A stretch of 64,000 nucleotides of DNA from Rhodocyclaceae bacterium (GTDB taxonomy: Bacteria > Pseudomonadota > Gammaproteobacteria > Burkholderiales > Ga0077523): assembly GCA_020248405.1 (NCBI GenBank), contig JADCHQ010000017.1, positions 5,734-69,733 on the forward strand, given 5' to 3'. The position numbers were made by a program, and so were the translations under genes. Under the pieces are notes generated by a model. That model was not told where the DNA came from. It was given only the letters and a program-made list of their open reading frames with translations, and did not search any database. Shown in pieces: positions 1 to 14,208 of the stretch. Within the stretch, counting starts at the first letter, position 1; every line of letters begins with the position of its first letter.

Positions 1-225
1 TCTACCCAGAGCGCCGTCATTCCCAGCCGCCAGGTGATCGAGGAGCGCATCGCCCAGGTGGCCCGGGAGATGGGTGAGGACCCGCCGCGCCCCCCGCATT
101 GGGGCGGCTACCGCCTCACGCCGGCCTGCTTCGAGTTCTGGCAGGGACGCCCCAGCCGGCTGCACGACCGGCTGCAGTACACGCGCCACGGCCCCGCCTG
201 GCAGCTGGAGCGGCTCTCGCCCTGA
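1..225 (+). CDS. pdxH: Pyridoxine/pyridoxamine 5'-phosphate oxidase, 3' part (truncated by window start)
   Basis: Frame-1 translation has [32 protein letters not shown], the PdxH C-terminal signature. Confidence 0.95.
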   Translation, partial: STQSAVIPSRQVIEERIAQVAREMGEDPPRPPHWGGYRLTPACFEFWQGRPSRLHDRLQYTRHGPAWQLERLSP

Positions 226-390
226 TGGCGCTGCCATGGACACGAGCCGCAGGGCCTGGGCTACCCGGCCGACGGTCCCGACGGCCTGCATGCCGGGCAA
301 TGGGAGCGGCATGGAGCGCGCCCCTGCTGTATCGTCTTCGCGCGCGCCGCTTCCGAGCCGTGCGGCCCATCCTCGCCTTGGGAGAAGATC

Positions 391-2829
391 ATGCTGAAAG
401 AGCACACCGGTCCTCGCCTTTGTGCTGGCGCCCGCCCGTCGTGGGCCGCAGCCGCTCTGGGGATCGTCGCGATGCTGTGGCTGGCGGTGTCCTTCGGGGC
501 TGGCGCGCTGGCACAGGAGGTCCTGCCGTTCCCGCCCAAGCCCTCCGGCAGCCTGGCGGGCCGCACCATGCAGGATTCCGTGTACAGCCCCTTGCCCGCC
601 CCGCGCCGCCTGCCCGCCGCCGCACCCAACATCATGATCGTGCTTATCGACGACGTGGGGCCGGCGCAGTCGGGCACCTTTGGCGGCGAGATCGCCACGC
701 CCACCATGGACCGAATCGCCCGGGAAGGCATCACGTTCAACCGTTTCCACACCACGGCCATGTGCTCGCCCACCCGGGCCGCGCTGCTCACCGGGCGCAA
801 TCACCACCGCGTGGGCGCCGGCCAGATCGCCGAGCTCGCCAACGACTGGGACGGCTATTCGGGCGTGCAGCCCAAGACCAGCGCCATGGTCGCCGAAGTG
901 CTCAAGGCCTACGGCTACCACACCGGCGCGTGGGGCAAGTGGCACAACACGCCTGCCGACCACACCACAGCGGCGGGGCCCTTCGACTACTGGCCCACCG
1001 GCTATGGTTTCGAATATTTCTATGGCTTCCTGGCTGGCGAGGCATCGCAGTACGAGCCCCATCTGGTTCGCAACACCACCGTCGTCCATCCCAACAAGCC
1101 CAGGGATGGCCAGCCCTATCACCTGAGCGAGGATCTCGCCGACGACGCCATCGGCTGGCTCCGGCAGCACAAGGCTCTCGCGCCGGACAAGCCTTTCTTC
1201 ATGTACTGGGCCAGCGGCGCCTCCCACGGGCCGCACCAGGTGCCCAAGGCGTGGGCGGACAGGTACAAGGGCAGGTTCGACAACGGCTGGGACAAGTACC
1301 GGGAGCGGGCCTTCGCCAATGCCAAGGCCAGGGGCTGGATTCCGCAGAATGCGCAGTTGACGCCCAGGCCGGCCGGCTTGCCCGCCTGGGACGACATCCC
1401 CGAGCAAGAGCGGCCCTTCCAGCGGCGTCTGATGGAGGTGTTCGCCGGCTTCACGGAGCACGTGGACACCCAGGTGGGACGAATCGTGGACGAGGTCGAC
1501 CGCCTGGGCTACGGCGACAACACGTTGATTGTGTACATCTGGGGTGACAACGGCCCCTCAGCAGAAGGGCAGGCGGGCACCATCAGCGAGCTGCTGGCGC
1601 AGAACGGCATTCCCACCACCACCTCCCAGCATCTGGCGGCGCTGGAAACCCTGGGCGGGCTCGACGCCCTCGGCTCGCCCAAGACCGACAACATGTACCA
1701 CGCTGGCTGGGCATGGGCGGGCAGCACGCCCTACAAGTCCACCAAGCTGGTGGCGGCGCACTTCGGCGGCACCCGCAATCCCGTGGCGATCCGCTGGCCG
1801 AGCCGCATCAGGCCCGATGCCACGCCCCGGCCGCAGTTCCATCACGTGAGCGACATCGTACCCACCCTCTACGAAGTGGTGGGCATCACGGCGCCGCGGG
1901 TGGTCAACGGTTTCCCCCAGGATCCAATCCAGGGGGTCAGCATGGCCTACGCCTTCGCCGACCCGGCGGCCAAGGGGCGCCTGCAGACCCAGTACTTCGA
2001 GATCATGGGCAGCCGTGGCATCTACCACGACGGCTGGTTCGCTGGCGCCTTCGGGCCGCGCGTGCCGTGGATTCCGGGCCTGCCCAAGGGTTTCGTGGAC
2101 GCAAACGGCAAGCTCGGGTGGAGCCCGGACGATGACCCGTGGGAGCTCTACAACCTCGAGGAAGACTGGTCGCAGGCCAACGACCTGTCGGCTGCGATGC
2201 CCGGCAAGCTCGCGCAGATGAAGGAGCTGTTCACCGTGGAGTTCGCCCGCAACCAGGGCTTTCCTGTGGGTGGCGGACTGTTCGTTCCCGTGGTGCGGCC
2301 GGATCTGCGGGTTGCGCCGCCCTATCGGGAGTGGACCTTCGCGGGCGCCCTCACGCGCCTGCCGGAGGCGGCTGCGCCGGCTCTGGGCAATCGCGAAAAC
2401 GTCGTCACTATCGACGCCGAGCTGGGATCTGGCGCAAATGGCGTGATCTACGCCCTGGGGGGGTTTTCCGGCGGCCTCAGCCTGTACCTGCAGGACGGCG
2501 TGCTGTCCTACGAGTACAACCTGTTCGAGATCCAGCGTACCCACATCCGGGCGGCCGGCAAGCTGCCTGGCGGGAAGGTCAGGATCGAGGTGGCCACCAC
2601 GTACGCGGAGAAGAAATCCGCCGGCCCGCTCGAGGTGGTGATGCGGGTCGATGGCCAGGACGTTGCCCGGGGTAGGGTGCCGGTCAGCGCGCCGCTCACC
2701 TTCACCGCCAACGATTGCCTCGACATCGGCTCCGATCTGGGCTCGCCCGTGTCGGTGGATTACTACGACCGCGCGCCCTTCCCGCTCGCCGGCACCATCC
2801 ACCAGGTGCACGTGCGCTACACGGACTGA
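391..2829 (+). CDS. Secreted arylsulfatase (formylglycine-dependent, Cys-type)
   Basis: PNIMIVLIDD, CSPTRAALLTGR (CxPxR) and GKWH motifs; N-terminal signal-peptide-like segment. Confidence 0.92.
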   Translation: MLKEHTGPRLCAGARPSWAAAALGIVAMLWLAVSFGAGALAQEVLPFPPKPSGSLAGRTMQDSVYSPLPAPRRLPAAAPNIMIVLIDDVGPAQSGTFGGEIATPTMDRIAREGITFNRFHTTAMCSPTRAALLTGRNHHRVGAGQIAELANDWDGYSGVQPKTSAMVAEVLKAYGYHTGAWGKWHNTPADHTTAAGPFDYWPTGYGFEYFYGFLAGEASQYEPHLVRNTTVVHPNKPRDGQPYHLSEDLADDAIGWLRQHKALAPDKPFFMYWASGASHGPHQVPKAWADRYKGRFDNGWDKYRERAFANAKARGWIPQNAQLTPRPAGLPAWDDIPEQERPFQRRLMEVFAGFTEHVDTQVGRIVDEVDRLGYGDNTLIVYIWGDNGPSAEGQAGTISELLAQNGIPTTTSQHLAALETLGGLDALGSPKTDNMYHAGWAWAGSTPYKSTKLVAAHFGGTRNPVAIRWPSRIRPDATPRPQFHHVSDIVPTLYEVVGITAPRVVNGFPQDPIQGVSMAYAFADPAAKGRLQTQYFEIMGSRGIYHDGWFAGAFGPRVPWIPGLPKGFVDANGKLGWSPDDDPWELYNLEEDWSQANDLSAAMPGKLAQMKELFTVEFARNQGFPVGGGLFVPVVRPDLRVAPPYREWTFAGALTRLPEAAAPALGNRENVVTIDAELGSGANGVIYALGGFSGGLSLYLQDGVLSYEYNLFEIQRTHIRAAGKLPGGKVRIEVATTYAEKKSAGPLEVVMRVDGQDVARGRVPVSAPLTFTANDCLDIGSDLGSPVSVDYYDRAPFPLAGTIHQVHVRYTD

Positions 2830-3029
2830 GCGATTGCCCGCGTTCACGAGCCTTCCGTGGCGCGCGGCAGCCGTACCGCCATCCCGCCCATGCCTTCCTG
2901 TGGCCGCGCCGCGCCAGCCCCGCGGCGCTTCGCCCGACCCCTCCGGTGCTCCAGGGCGAGCGCGCCCATGCCGCGGACGATGATCGGCATCTCCGGCGAG
3001 CACGCCTTGCGCGCGGGGTCCATGGGGGC

Positions 3030-3935
3030 ATGCCGCTGATGCCGCCGCCTGCCGACGCGAAAGCGCCGGGTGCGCCCGCGCCACCCCTGGCGCACGCCGA
3101 GGCCGATCTCGACGACGTGCGCCTGCACTACGTCACCGCCGGCGAGGGACCCGCCGTGGTGCTGCTGCACGGCTGGCCCCAGACCTGGTACATGTGGCGG
3201 CACGTGATTCCGGGGCTCGCACGGCGCTTCCGCGTCATCGCCCCCGACCTGCGCGGGCTGGGTGATTCCTCCCGGCCCGAGGGCGGATACGACAAGAAGA
3301 CCGTGGCGGGCGACGTGTGGCGTCTGGTTCACGGGGTGCTGGGCGAGCGGTCCCTGTTCGTGGTGGGGCACGACTGGGGCGGGCCGGTGGCCTTCGCGCT
3401 GGCGGCGCAGCATCGCGACGCGGTGCGGCGCCTGGCCATCCTCGATGTGCCCGTTCCGGGCGATGGCACCCCCGTGTTCTACGACAACCGCTGGCACCAT
3501 GGCCTGCACTGGGAGCCTGGACTAGCCGAGGCGCTCACCGCCGGGCGCGAGGACGTGTACCTGGGCTTCTTCTATCGCACGTGGGGCGAACGGCCCGACG
3601 CCATCTCACCTGAAGCGCAGGCCGAGTACCTGCGTGCTTACCGCCAGCCCGGCGCCATGCGCGCCGGTTTCGAGTACTACCGCGCCATGCGCCAGGACAT
3701 CATCGACAACGAGGTCTTCCTGGCCCAGGGAAAGCTGCCCATGCCAGTGCTGTGTTGGGGCGGGGCCGTGGCCCGCGGCCGTGGCATGCGCGCCATCGAC
3801 TCCTGGCGGCGGGTGGCAAGCGACGTGCGAGGCGGCGTGGTGGGAGGATGCGGGCACTGGATCGCGGAGGAGCGGCCCGACTGGGTGGCGGACCAACTGC
3901 TTTCGTTCTTCGGCGAGGGGCAGGACCCGGGCTGA
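3030..3935 (+). CDS. Alpha/beta hydrolase, epoxide hydrolase/haloacetate dehalogenase-like
   Basis: LLHGWP, PDLRGLG, nucleophile GHDWGG, C-terminal GHW. Start re-called to ATG 3030. Confidence 0.88.
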   Translation: MPLMPPPADAKAPGAPAPPLAHAEADLDDVRLHYVTAGEGPAVVLLHGWPQTWYMWRHVIPGLARRFRVIAPDLRGLGDSSRPEGGYDKKTVAGDVWRLVHGVLGERSLFVVGHDWGGPVAFALAAQHRDAVRRLAILDVPVPGDGTPVFYDNRWHHGLHWEPGLAEALTAGREDVYLGFFYRTWGERPDAISPEAQAEYLRAYRQPGAMRAGFEYYRAMRQDIIDNEVFLAQGKLPMPVLCWGGAVARGRGMRAIDSWRRVASDVRGGVVGGCGHWIAEERPDWVADQLLSFFGEGQDPG

Positions 3936-3979
3936 GCACCCGCGGTGCCGGCGATGCGCCTGCGGGCTGGTGAAGCCGC

Positions 3980-5365
3980 TCAGGCGAGCCAGGGCGAGAA
4001 CACGGCTGCGAGGATCGCGGCGGGCGCAGCCCAGCGAAGCAGCCCGCGCAGCCAGCGCGCCCCCCGCGCTGACAGCCCGAGCTCGCTCTCGAACAGGGAC
4101 AGCGGCAGCACCCAGCCCGCGAGCACCGCGAAGGCAAAGCCGCCCGCCGGCAGCAGCAGATCGGAGGTGACGCGGTCGAGCACGTCGAACCACGTGGCCT
4201 CGGCGAACCCGCGCAGCAGGCCGAGGGGATGCCAGTGCGCCCAGAGGTTGAACGACAGCACCGTCGCGATCCCGCCGGCAAAGCATCCCAGCGCCAGCAC
4301 CAGGGTGGCCCAGGTGCGCCCCCAGCCGAAACGGCGGATGAGCAGTGCCGCGGCGAGCTCGAGCATGGAGATCGCCGAGGCCAGCGCGGCCACGAACAGC
4401 AGCAGAAAGAAGGCGAGGGCGGCTAGGGTACCCAGGGGCATGCGCGCGAAGGCCAGGGGCAGGGTCACGAACACCAGCCCCGGCCCTCCCGCGGGGTCGA
4501 GGCCGTGGGCGAACACCAGCGGGAAGACCGCGAAGCCCGCCAGCAAGGAGATCGCCGTGTCGGCCAGCACCGTGGCGATGGCGGCACGGCGCAGGTCCAT
4601 GCTGGCGTCGGCATACGCCGCGTAGGTCACCATCAGCGCCATGCCCACCCCGATGGAGAAGAACCCCAGGCCCAGCGCCTCGATGGCGGCGCGTGCGCCG
4701 ATGCGTTGCAGGTCGAGGCGGAACAGGAATTCCAGCGTAGCCAGGAAACCGCCCGCCGAGCTGGCGTAGAGGGCGAGGCCGGTCAGCAACACCACCAGGG
4801 CCGGCATGAGCACCTTGCAGGCGGTCTCGATCCCGCCGCCGATGCCACGCGCCACGATGGCCGCAGCGATCGCCATGAACAGCCCGTGGAACAGGCTCAT
4901 GCGCAGGGGCGCGGCGAGCAGGGCGTCGAAGCGCGCCTGGGCAGCGCCGGGGCTCGCGCCCCCGAGTCCGCCCAGGGCCGTCTCCACGGCGTAGGCAAGG
5001 GTCCAGCCGCCGATCACGGAGTAGAAGCTGAGGATCAGCACGCCCGTGATCACCCCCAGCCCGCCGATCCACGACCAGCGCCGGTTCGCGCCGAAGGCCC
5101 CGGCCACGGCGGCGATGCCGCCCACGGCGTCCTGGCCGCCGCGCCGGCCCACCGCGAATTCGGCCAGCAGCAGCGGTATCACCACCAGGCCCAGGCCGGC
5201 CAGGTAGAACAGCACGAAGGCGCTGCCGCCGTTCGAGCCCACCTCGTAGGGAAACTTCCAGATGCTGCCCAGGCCCACGGCCGAGCCCACGGCGGCGAGC
5301 ACGAAGCCGCTGCGGCTCGACCAGGTTTCGCGCATCCCGCCCACGGCAACCGGCCCGTCAGCCAC
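3980..5365 (-). CDS. Sodium-dependent transporter (NSS/SNF family)
   Basis: RETWSSR..GSAVGLGSIWKFPY, GPGLVFVTLP, many TM segments. Alternative start ATG 5335. Confidence 0.92.
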   Translation of the reverse strand: MADGPVAVGGMRETWSSRSGFVLAAVGSAVGLGSIWKFPYEVGSNGGSAFVLFYLAGLGLVVIPLLLAEFAVGRRGGQDAVGGIAAVAGAFGANRRWSWIGGLGVITGVLILSFYSVIGGWTLAYAVETALGGLGGASPGAAQARFDALLAAPLRMSLFHGLFMAIAAAIVARGIGGGIETACKVLMPALVVLLTGLALYASSAGGFLATLEFLFRLDLQRIGARAAIEALGLGFFSIGVGMALMVTYAAYADASMDLRRAAIATVLADTAISLLAGFAVFPLVFAHGLDPAGGPGLVFVTLPLAFARMPLGTLAALAFFLLLFVAALASAISMLELAAALLIRRFGWGRTWATLVLALGCFAGGIATVLSFNLWAHWHPLGLLRGFAEATWFDVLDRVTSDLLLPAGGFAFAVLAGWVLPLSLFESELGLSARGARWLRGLLRWAAPAAILAAVFSPWLA

Positions 5366-5392
5366 GCCCGGCGCCGCCCCACGGCCCTGGCA

Positions 5393-5674
5393 TCAGTGCT
5401 CTTCGATGCGGGTGACCGTGTCCTCAGCGGGTTCGCCCGTCTCCGGGTCGATCCACCCGGAGAGGCCGATCTCCTCCTCGGCCTCCGCAAGCGATTCGCC
5501 CTCCTCGAGGGTCTCCTCGCTGGCGAGTTCCATGTCCTGCATGGCCTCGCGCAGCGTGGCGAAGGGGCCGTACTCGCGGCCGCCGTCCGGCGAGTGCCAG
5601 TAGAAGCCGTCGGGCCGTTCCACCACGCGCGCCTGCCCCGCCTCGGCCGGGGTCTGGGGGATTGCCTGTCTCAT
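5393..5674 (-). CDS. Small acidic hypothetical protein
   Basis: 93-aa ORF with plausible upstream GAGGGG; fills the gap in operon orientation with the NSS gene; family not recognised. Confidence 0.7.
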   Translation of the reverse strand: MRQAIPQTPAEAGQARVVERPDGFYWHSPDGGREYGPFATLREAMQDMELASEETLEEGESLAEAEEEIGLSGWIDPETGEPAEDTVTRIEEH

Positions 5675-5763
5675 GACCGTGTGCCCCTCGATGTAGGTTC
5701 GGCAGCACGCGCCGCCGTGAAATCACTCTACGCCGATCCTCGCGCGCCGTGGCGCGCGGCCAT

Positions 5764-5777
5764 TTGCGCGAGGTCAA
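5764..5777. promoter_or_regulatory. FNR/FixK-like box (TTGCG-CGAG-GTCAA)
   Basis: One half-site identical to the boxes at 14171 and 16730; centred about 44 bp upstream of the PRTase start. Confidence 0.55.
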
Positions 5778-5813
5778 GGCCGCGCCCTGCCGAAGGCCGA
5801 TCATGCGGCCATC

Positions 5814-6467
5814 ATGATCATGCGATTCCGATCCCGCGCCGATGCGGCCAGCCGCCTGGCGCAGGCGCTGGCGCACTACCGCGGCACGAACCCTCTCGTG
5901 CTGGCGATCCCGCGGGGCGCCGTGGCCATGGGCCGCACGCTCGCCGATGCGCTCGGCGGGGAACTCGACGTGGTGCTGGTGCGCAAGCTGCGCTCGCCGG
6001 GCAGCGCCGAGTTCGCCGTGGGCGCGGTGGACGAAACGGGCTGGACCTACGTGGCGCCCCATGCGGCGAGCGCGGGCGCCGATCCCGCCTACCTGGAGCG
6101 CGAGAAGCAGTTCCAGATCGAGACCCTGCGCTGGCGCCGGGCGCAGTACACACCCGCGCGGCCGCCCATCGACCCGGCCGGGCGCACGGTGATCGTGGTG
6201 GACGACGGCCTCGCCACCGGCGCCACCATGATGGCGGCGCTGCACTCCGCCAGGGCCAGGGGGCCGGTACGGCTAGTGTGCGCAGTGCCCGTGGCCGCGC
6301 CCGACAGCCTGGAGTTGGTGCGCCCGCACGCCGACGAGGTGGTGTGCCTGGAGGCGCCGGAGGCGTTCTACGCCGTGGGCCAGTTCTACGACGATTTCGC
6401 CCAGGTGGAGGATGAACAGGTGGCGGCGCTGCTGGCACAGCCGGCAAAGGGCGCTGGCGGGCCATGA
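5814..6467 (+). CDS. Phosphoribosyltransferase-family protein
   Basis: PRPP-binding loop VIVVDDGLATGAT; LAIPRG and VGQFYDDF typical of the Rv0571c-like PRTase subfamily. Confidence 0.9.
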   Translation: MIMRFRSRADAASRLAQALAHYRGTNPLVLAIPRGAVAMGRTLADALGGELDVVLVRKLRSPGSAEFAVGAVDETGWTYVAPHAASAGADPAYLEREKQFQIETLRWRRAQYTPARPPIDPAGRTVIVVDDGLATGATMMAALHSARARGPVRLVCAVPVAAPDSLELVRPHADEVVCLEAPEAFYAVGQFYDDFAQVEDEQVAALLAQPAKGAGGP

Positions 6468-7123
6468 GCGCGACGCAGGGCACCGTGGCCGTACCGGCGG
6501 ACGCGGTGGTCCTGGAGGGCCTGCTGGACATCCCCGCCGCCGCCTCGGGCATGGTGGTGTTCTCCCACGGCAGCGGCTCGGGGCGGCTGTCGCCGCGCAA
6601 CCGTTACGTGGCGCAGGTCCTGCGGGCCGCGGGCATGGGCTCGCTGCTGGTGGACCTGCTCACCGCCGAGGAAGATCGCCATATGGAGGCGCGCTTCCAC
6701 ATTTCACTGCTCACCGACCGGCTCGATCACGCAGTGCGCTTCGCAGGCCAGGCGCCCGGCGCCGCCGCATTGCCCGTGGGCCTGTTCGGCGCCAGCACGG
6801 GGGCAGCCTCCGCCCTGCGCGTGGCGGCGCGACGTCCCGATGCCATCCGCGCGTTGGTGTCGCGCGGCGGGCGTCCCGACATGGCGGGCGCTGGCACCCT
6901 CGCCGCGGTGCGCGCCCCCACGCTGCTCATCGTGGGCGGGCGGGACACCGGCGTGATCGAACTCAACGAGGCGGCGCGCGACGCCCTGCGGGACTGCACC
7001 CGCGAACTGGTGCTGGTGCCGGGCGCCACGCACCTCTTCGAGGAGCCGGGCACGCTGGAGCAGGTGGCCGCGCTGGCGTCCGGCTGGTTCCGGCGCTGGT
7101 TCGGCACCGCGCCCGGCGGCTGA
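6464..7123 (+). CDS. Dienelactone-hydrolase-like alpha/beta hydrolase
   Basis: HGSGSGR, GASTG nucleophile, VSRGGRPD, GATHLFEE; ATGA overlap with the PRTase. Confidence 0.88.
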   Translation: MSATQGTVAVPADAVVLEGLLDIPAAASGMVVFSHGSGSGRLSPRNRYVAQVLRAAGMGSLLVDLLTAEEDRHMEARFHISLLTDRLDHAVRFAGQAPGAAALPVGLFGASTGAASALRVAARRPDAIRALVSRGGRPDMAGAGTLAAVRAPTLLIVGGRDTGVIELNEAARDALRDCTRELVLVPGATHLFEEPGTLEQVAALASGWFRRWFGTAPGG

Positions 7124-7180
7124 AGGCGCCTGCGGGCCTGCGCCGCCCGCGGCCTGGCCTGGGGTTGCCGGGCCCCGGGT

Positions 7181-9085
<1,905 letters not shown>

Positions 9086-9089
<4 letters not shown>

Positions 9090-10303
9090 GCAAGCGACTC
9101 CGGTTGCTGGAACAGCCGCTCCAGGGCGGCGAGAAAGCGTGCCCCGCGCATGCCGTCGCTGGCGCGGTGGTCGGCCGAAAGACTGGCGTGCAGCACCCGG
9201 GCCGGCACCAGGGCCCCGTCGCGCACCCACGGGCGCACGGCCACTCGCCCGAAGCCCACCAGCGCCACCTGGGGCGGCTGGATCACGCCGTACACGCTGT
9301 CCACGCCCAGTTCGCCCAGATTGGTGATGGTGACGGTGGGGTCTGCAAGCTCCGAGGCGCGCAGTTCGCGGCTGCGAGCGCGGCGCAGCAGGTCCTTGAG
9401 CCGCTCCATGAGTTCGGTGAGGGGCAGGGTGTCCGCGTGGTGCAGCGCCGGCGCCACCAGGCCGCCGCCGCGCAGCGAGACGGCGATGCCGGGATGCACC
9501 GCCGCGGCGGGCTGGAAGCGGCCGTCCGCGAAGAAGCCGTTCAGCTCGGGCACTTCGCGAAGCGCCAGCGCCACGGCCTTGATCTCCAGGGCTGCGAACA
9601 GTACGCGCCCGGTCACCGGCACGCCGGCGTTGCGGCGCTCCAGCCACAGGGAGGCGGCCTCCACGTCCAGCTGCGTGCCCAGGTAGTAGTGGGGGATCTC
9701 GCGCTTGGAGCGCGCCATGGCCACGCCGATGGCCTCGCGCATGGCCTGCGCGCGCGGCGCGGCGATGGCCGGGGGCGCGGGCGCCGCCGCGGCGGAAGGG
9801 GCGGCCGGGGCTGGTGCAGCCGTGGCGGCGCGCTCCACATCGGCCAGGGAGATCACGCCGTCGACCGAGGCGGAGGGCACGGCCGCCAGATCGAGCCCCA
9901 GTTCCTGGGCGCGCCGGCGCGCCGCGGGCGAGGCGCGGGGGCGCCCGCCGGGTGCGCCGGCTAGGGCTTCCAGCGGTTGCGCGGCCGGCGCGGCGGGCGG
10001 CTGCGCCGCACCCTCGGCCGGCGCGGCGGCGGGCACCGGCGAGGCCGCCACGGCCTCCCAGGCCTCGCCCTCGGTGGCGAGCAGCGCCATGACCGCACCC
10101 ACGGGCAGGCGCTGCCCAGGCTCGGCCACCAGTTTCGCCACCGTGCCGGGGGTCCAGGTCTCCACCTCCACCGCGCCCTTGTCGGTCTCGACGACGCACA
10201 GTACCTCGCCTTTGGCCACGGCCTGGCCGGGCTTCACCAGCCATTCCACGAACGTGCCGGCCTCCATGTCGGCACCCAGCGAAGGCATGACGAAGACGTG
10301 CAT
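9086..10303 (-). CDS. pdhC: 2-oxoacid dehydrogenase E2 (dihydrolipoamide acyltransferase)
   Basis: Lipoyl domain VETDKG, PSBD ASPAARRRA, catalytic DHRASDG. Confidence 0.92.
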
Positions 10304-10304
10304 G

Positions 10305-11294
10305 TCAGCTCACCAGGGCGCGCACCGCCGCCACGATGCCCTCCACCTGGGGCAGCGCCGCCTCCTCCAGGTGTTTCGCATAGGGCACCGGCACCTCGGC
10401 CGAGCACACCCGCGCCGGCGGCGCGTCCAGGTCGTAGAAGGCCTGCTCCACGATGCGCGCCATGATCTCGGCGGACAGGCTGCCGCTGCGCCATCCCTCG
10501 TCCACGACCACCGCGCGCCGGGTCTTGCGCACCGAGGCCATCACCGTGGCATCGTCCAGCGGGCGCAGGCTGCGCAGGTCGATCACCTCCGCACTCACGC
10601 CCTGCGCCTCGAGCACGGCTGCGGCCGCCATGGCCTTGGGCAGCGAGCCGCCGTAGGTGATCACGCTCACCTGGCTCCCGGGCCGCCGCACCGCGGCGCG
10701 GTCCAGGTCCACCGGGGCCGCCTCGACAGCCAGTTCGCCCTCCACGCCCAGCAGCAGCGCGTGCTCGAAGATGAGCACCGGGTCGGGATCGCGCAGCGCG
10801 GCGGGCAGCATGCCGCGCGCGTCCTCCAGCGTGGCGGGGGCCACCACCCGCAGCCCGGGGATGTGGGCGTACCAGCCCTCCAGGCTGTGGGAGTGCTGGG
10901 CCGCGAGCTGGCGGCCGCCGCCGGTGGTCATGCGGATCACCACCGGCACGCTGAGCTGGCCGCCCGACATGTGCCGCAGCGTGGCGGCGTTGTTGAGGAT
11001 CTGGTCCAGGGCGAGCAGGCTGAAGTTGACGGTCATGATCTCCACGATGGGACGCATGCCGTTCAGCGCCGCGCCGATGCCTGCGCCCGTGAAGCCCGAC
11101 TCCGACAGCGGTGCGTCGCGGATGCGCGCCTCGCCGAACTCCGCCAGCAGCCCCTTGCTCACCGCGTAGGTGCCGCCGTAGCGGCCCACGTCCTCGCCCA
11201 TCAGGAACACGCGCGGGTCGGCGAGCAGCGCCTCGCGCAGGCCCATGCGCAGGGCGTCCCGGTACGTGGTGCGCAGGGCGGGCGCCTGGCTCAC
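10305..11294 (-). CDS. pdhB: 2-oxoacid dehydrogenase E1 beta subunit
   Basis: [35 protein letters not shown]; GTG start overlaps the E1 alpha stop. Confidence 0.93.
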   Translation of the reverse strand: MSQAPALRTTYRDALRMGLREALLADPRVFLMGEDVGRYGGTYAVSKGLLAEFGEARIRDAPLSESGFTGAGIGAALNGMRPIVEIMTVNFSLLALDQILNNAATLRHMSGGQLSVPVVIRMTTGGGRQLAAQHSHSLEGWYAHIPGLRVVAPATLEDARGMLPAALRDPDPVLIFEHALLLGVEGELAVEAAPVDLDRAAVRRPGSQVSVITYGGSLPKAMAAAAVLEAQGVSAEVIDLRSLRPLDDATVMASVRKTRRAVVVDEGWRSGSLSAEIMARIVEQAFYDLDAPPARVCSAEVPVPYAKHLEEAALPQVEGIVAAVRALVS

Positions 11295-12268
11295 GGGGCC
11301 ACCTGCCGCGCGTACACGTCGCGGGCGAGCTGCTCCACCGGCTCGAGCGTGCCGGACTCGGCGAAGGCCACCGCCGCGGCGATCTCCCCGGCCACCTCGG
11401 TCTCCAGGGCGGCTGCGTCGGCGGCGTCCAGCAGACCTGCGGCCTGCATGCGGGCAGTGAAGCCCGCGATGGGGCAGCGCTGCTTCCAGCGCTCCACCTC
11501 GGCGCGCTCGCGGTAGAGCTCGGGGTCGAACATGGAGTGGGCGCGGAAGCGGTAGGTCTGCAGCTCTAGGAAGAACGGCCCGAGGCCGTCGCGCACGTGC
11601 CGCACGGCCGCGCGCGCCGCCTCGGCCACCGCCAGCACGTCCATGCCGTCGGCGCGCGCGGTGGCCATGCGGTAGGAGGCGGCCTTCGCGCACAGGTCGG
11701 TGTCCGATTCCGAGCGCTCCAGCGCGGTGCCCATGGCGTAGAAGTTGTTCTCGCACACGAACAGCACGGGTAGGCGCCACAGTGCCGCCAGGTTGGCCGA
11801 CTCGTGAAACTCGCCCTCGGCCATGGCGCCCTCGCCGAAGAAGCAGGCCGTCACCCGCGCCTCGCCGCGCATCCGGTGGGCCAGCGCGAATCCCGCCGCC
11901 AGGGGCAGGGCGCCGCCCACGATGGCGTTGCCGCCATAGAAGCGCCGCGACACGTCGAACAGGTGCATGGAGCCGCCGCGGCCACGGCTGCAGCCTTCCT
12001 GCCGGCCGAACATCTCGGCCATGATGGCGCCGGCGGGAATGCCGCGCGCCAGCGCGTGCCCATGTTCGCGGTAGGTGGCGAAGATGGCGTCCTCGGCGCG
12101 CAGCTCCGGCATCACGCCGCAGGCCACCGCTTCCTCGCCGATGTACAGGTGCAGGAAGCCGCGGATCTGCCCGCCGGAATACAGCTCGGCGCATTTCTCC
12201 TCGAAACGGCGGATGCGCAGCATCTGCTGCAGGTAGGACAGGGCGGTGTCGCGGTCGGGCGCGGTCAT
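11291..12268 (-). CDS. pdhA: Pyruvate dehydrogenase-type E1 alpha subunit
   Basis: [23 protein letters not shown] motif [18 protein letters not shown]. Start 12268 (alternative GTG 12334). Confidence 0.93.
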   Translation of the reverse strand: MTAPDRDTALSYLQQMLRIRRFEEKCAELYSGGQIRGFLHLYIGEEAVACGVMPELRAEDAIFATYREHGHALARGIPAGAIMAEMFGRQEGCSRGRGGSMHLFDVSRRFYGGNAIVGGALPLAAGFALAHRMRGEARVTACFFGEGAMAEGEFHESANLAALWRLPVLFVCENNFYAMGTALERSESDTDLCAKAASYRMATARADGMDVLAVAEAARAAVRHVRDGLGPFFLELQTYRFRAHSMFDPELYRERAEVERWKQRCPIAGFTARMQAAGLLDAADAAALETEVAGEIAAAVAFAESGTLEPVEQLARDVYARQVAP

Positions 12269-12326
12269 GCGTGCTCCGTGCGCCGCGCCTGCTGCGGGCC
12301 GCGCGCCCCTCGCTGGCGCCGCGCGC

Positions 12327-14105
<1,779 letters not shown>

Positions 14106-14142
14106 GGGTCTCGTGCTGCAGCGCCGGGGCCGTGGGAGTTTC

Positions 14143-14184
14143 ACCATAGGCGGGCGCGGCACTGCCCGGATTGACCCACGTCAA
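14143..14184 (-). promoter_or_regulatory. Class II FNR/FixK-type promoter of the acsA operon
   Basis: Palindrome TTGAC-CCAC-GTCAA at 14171-14184 and a -10-like TATGGT (minus strand, 14148-14143); geometry places the box near -41.5. Confidence 0.75.
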
Positions 14185-14208
14185 CGGCGCGGGCGCAGCG
14201 CCCGCCGC

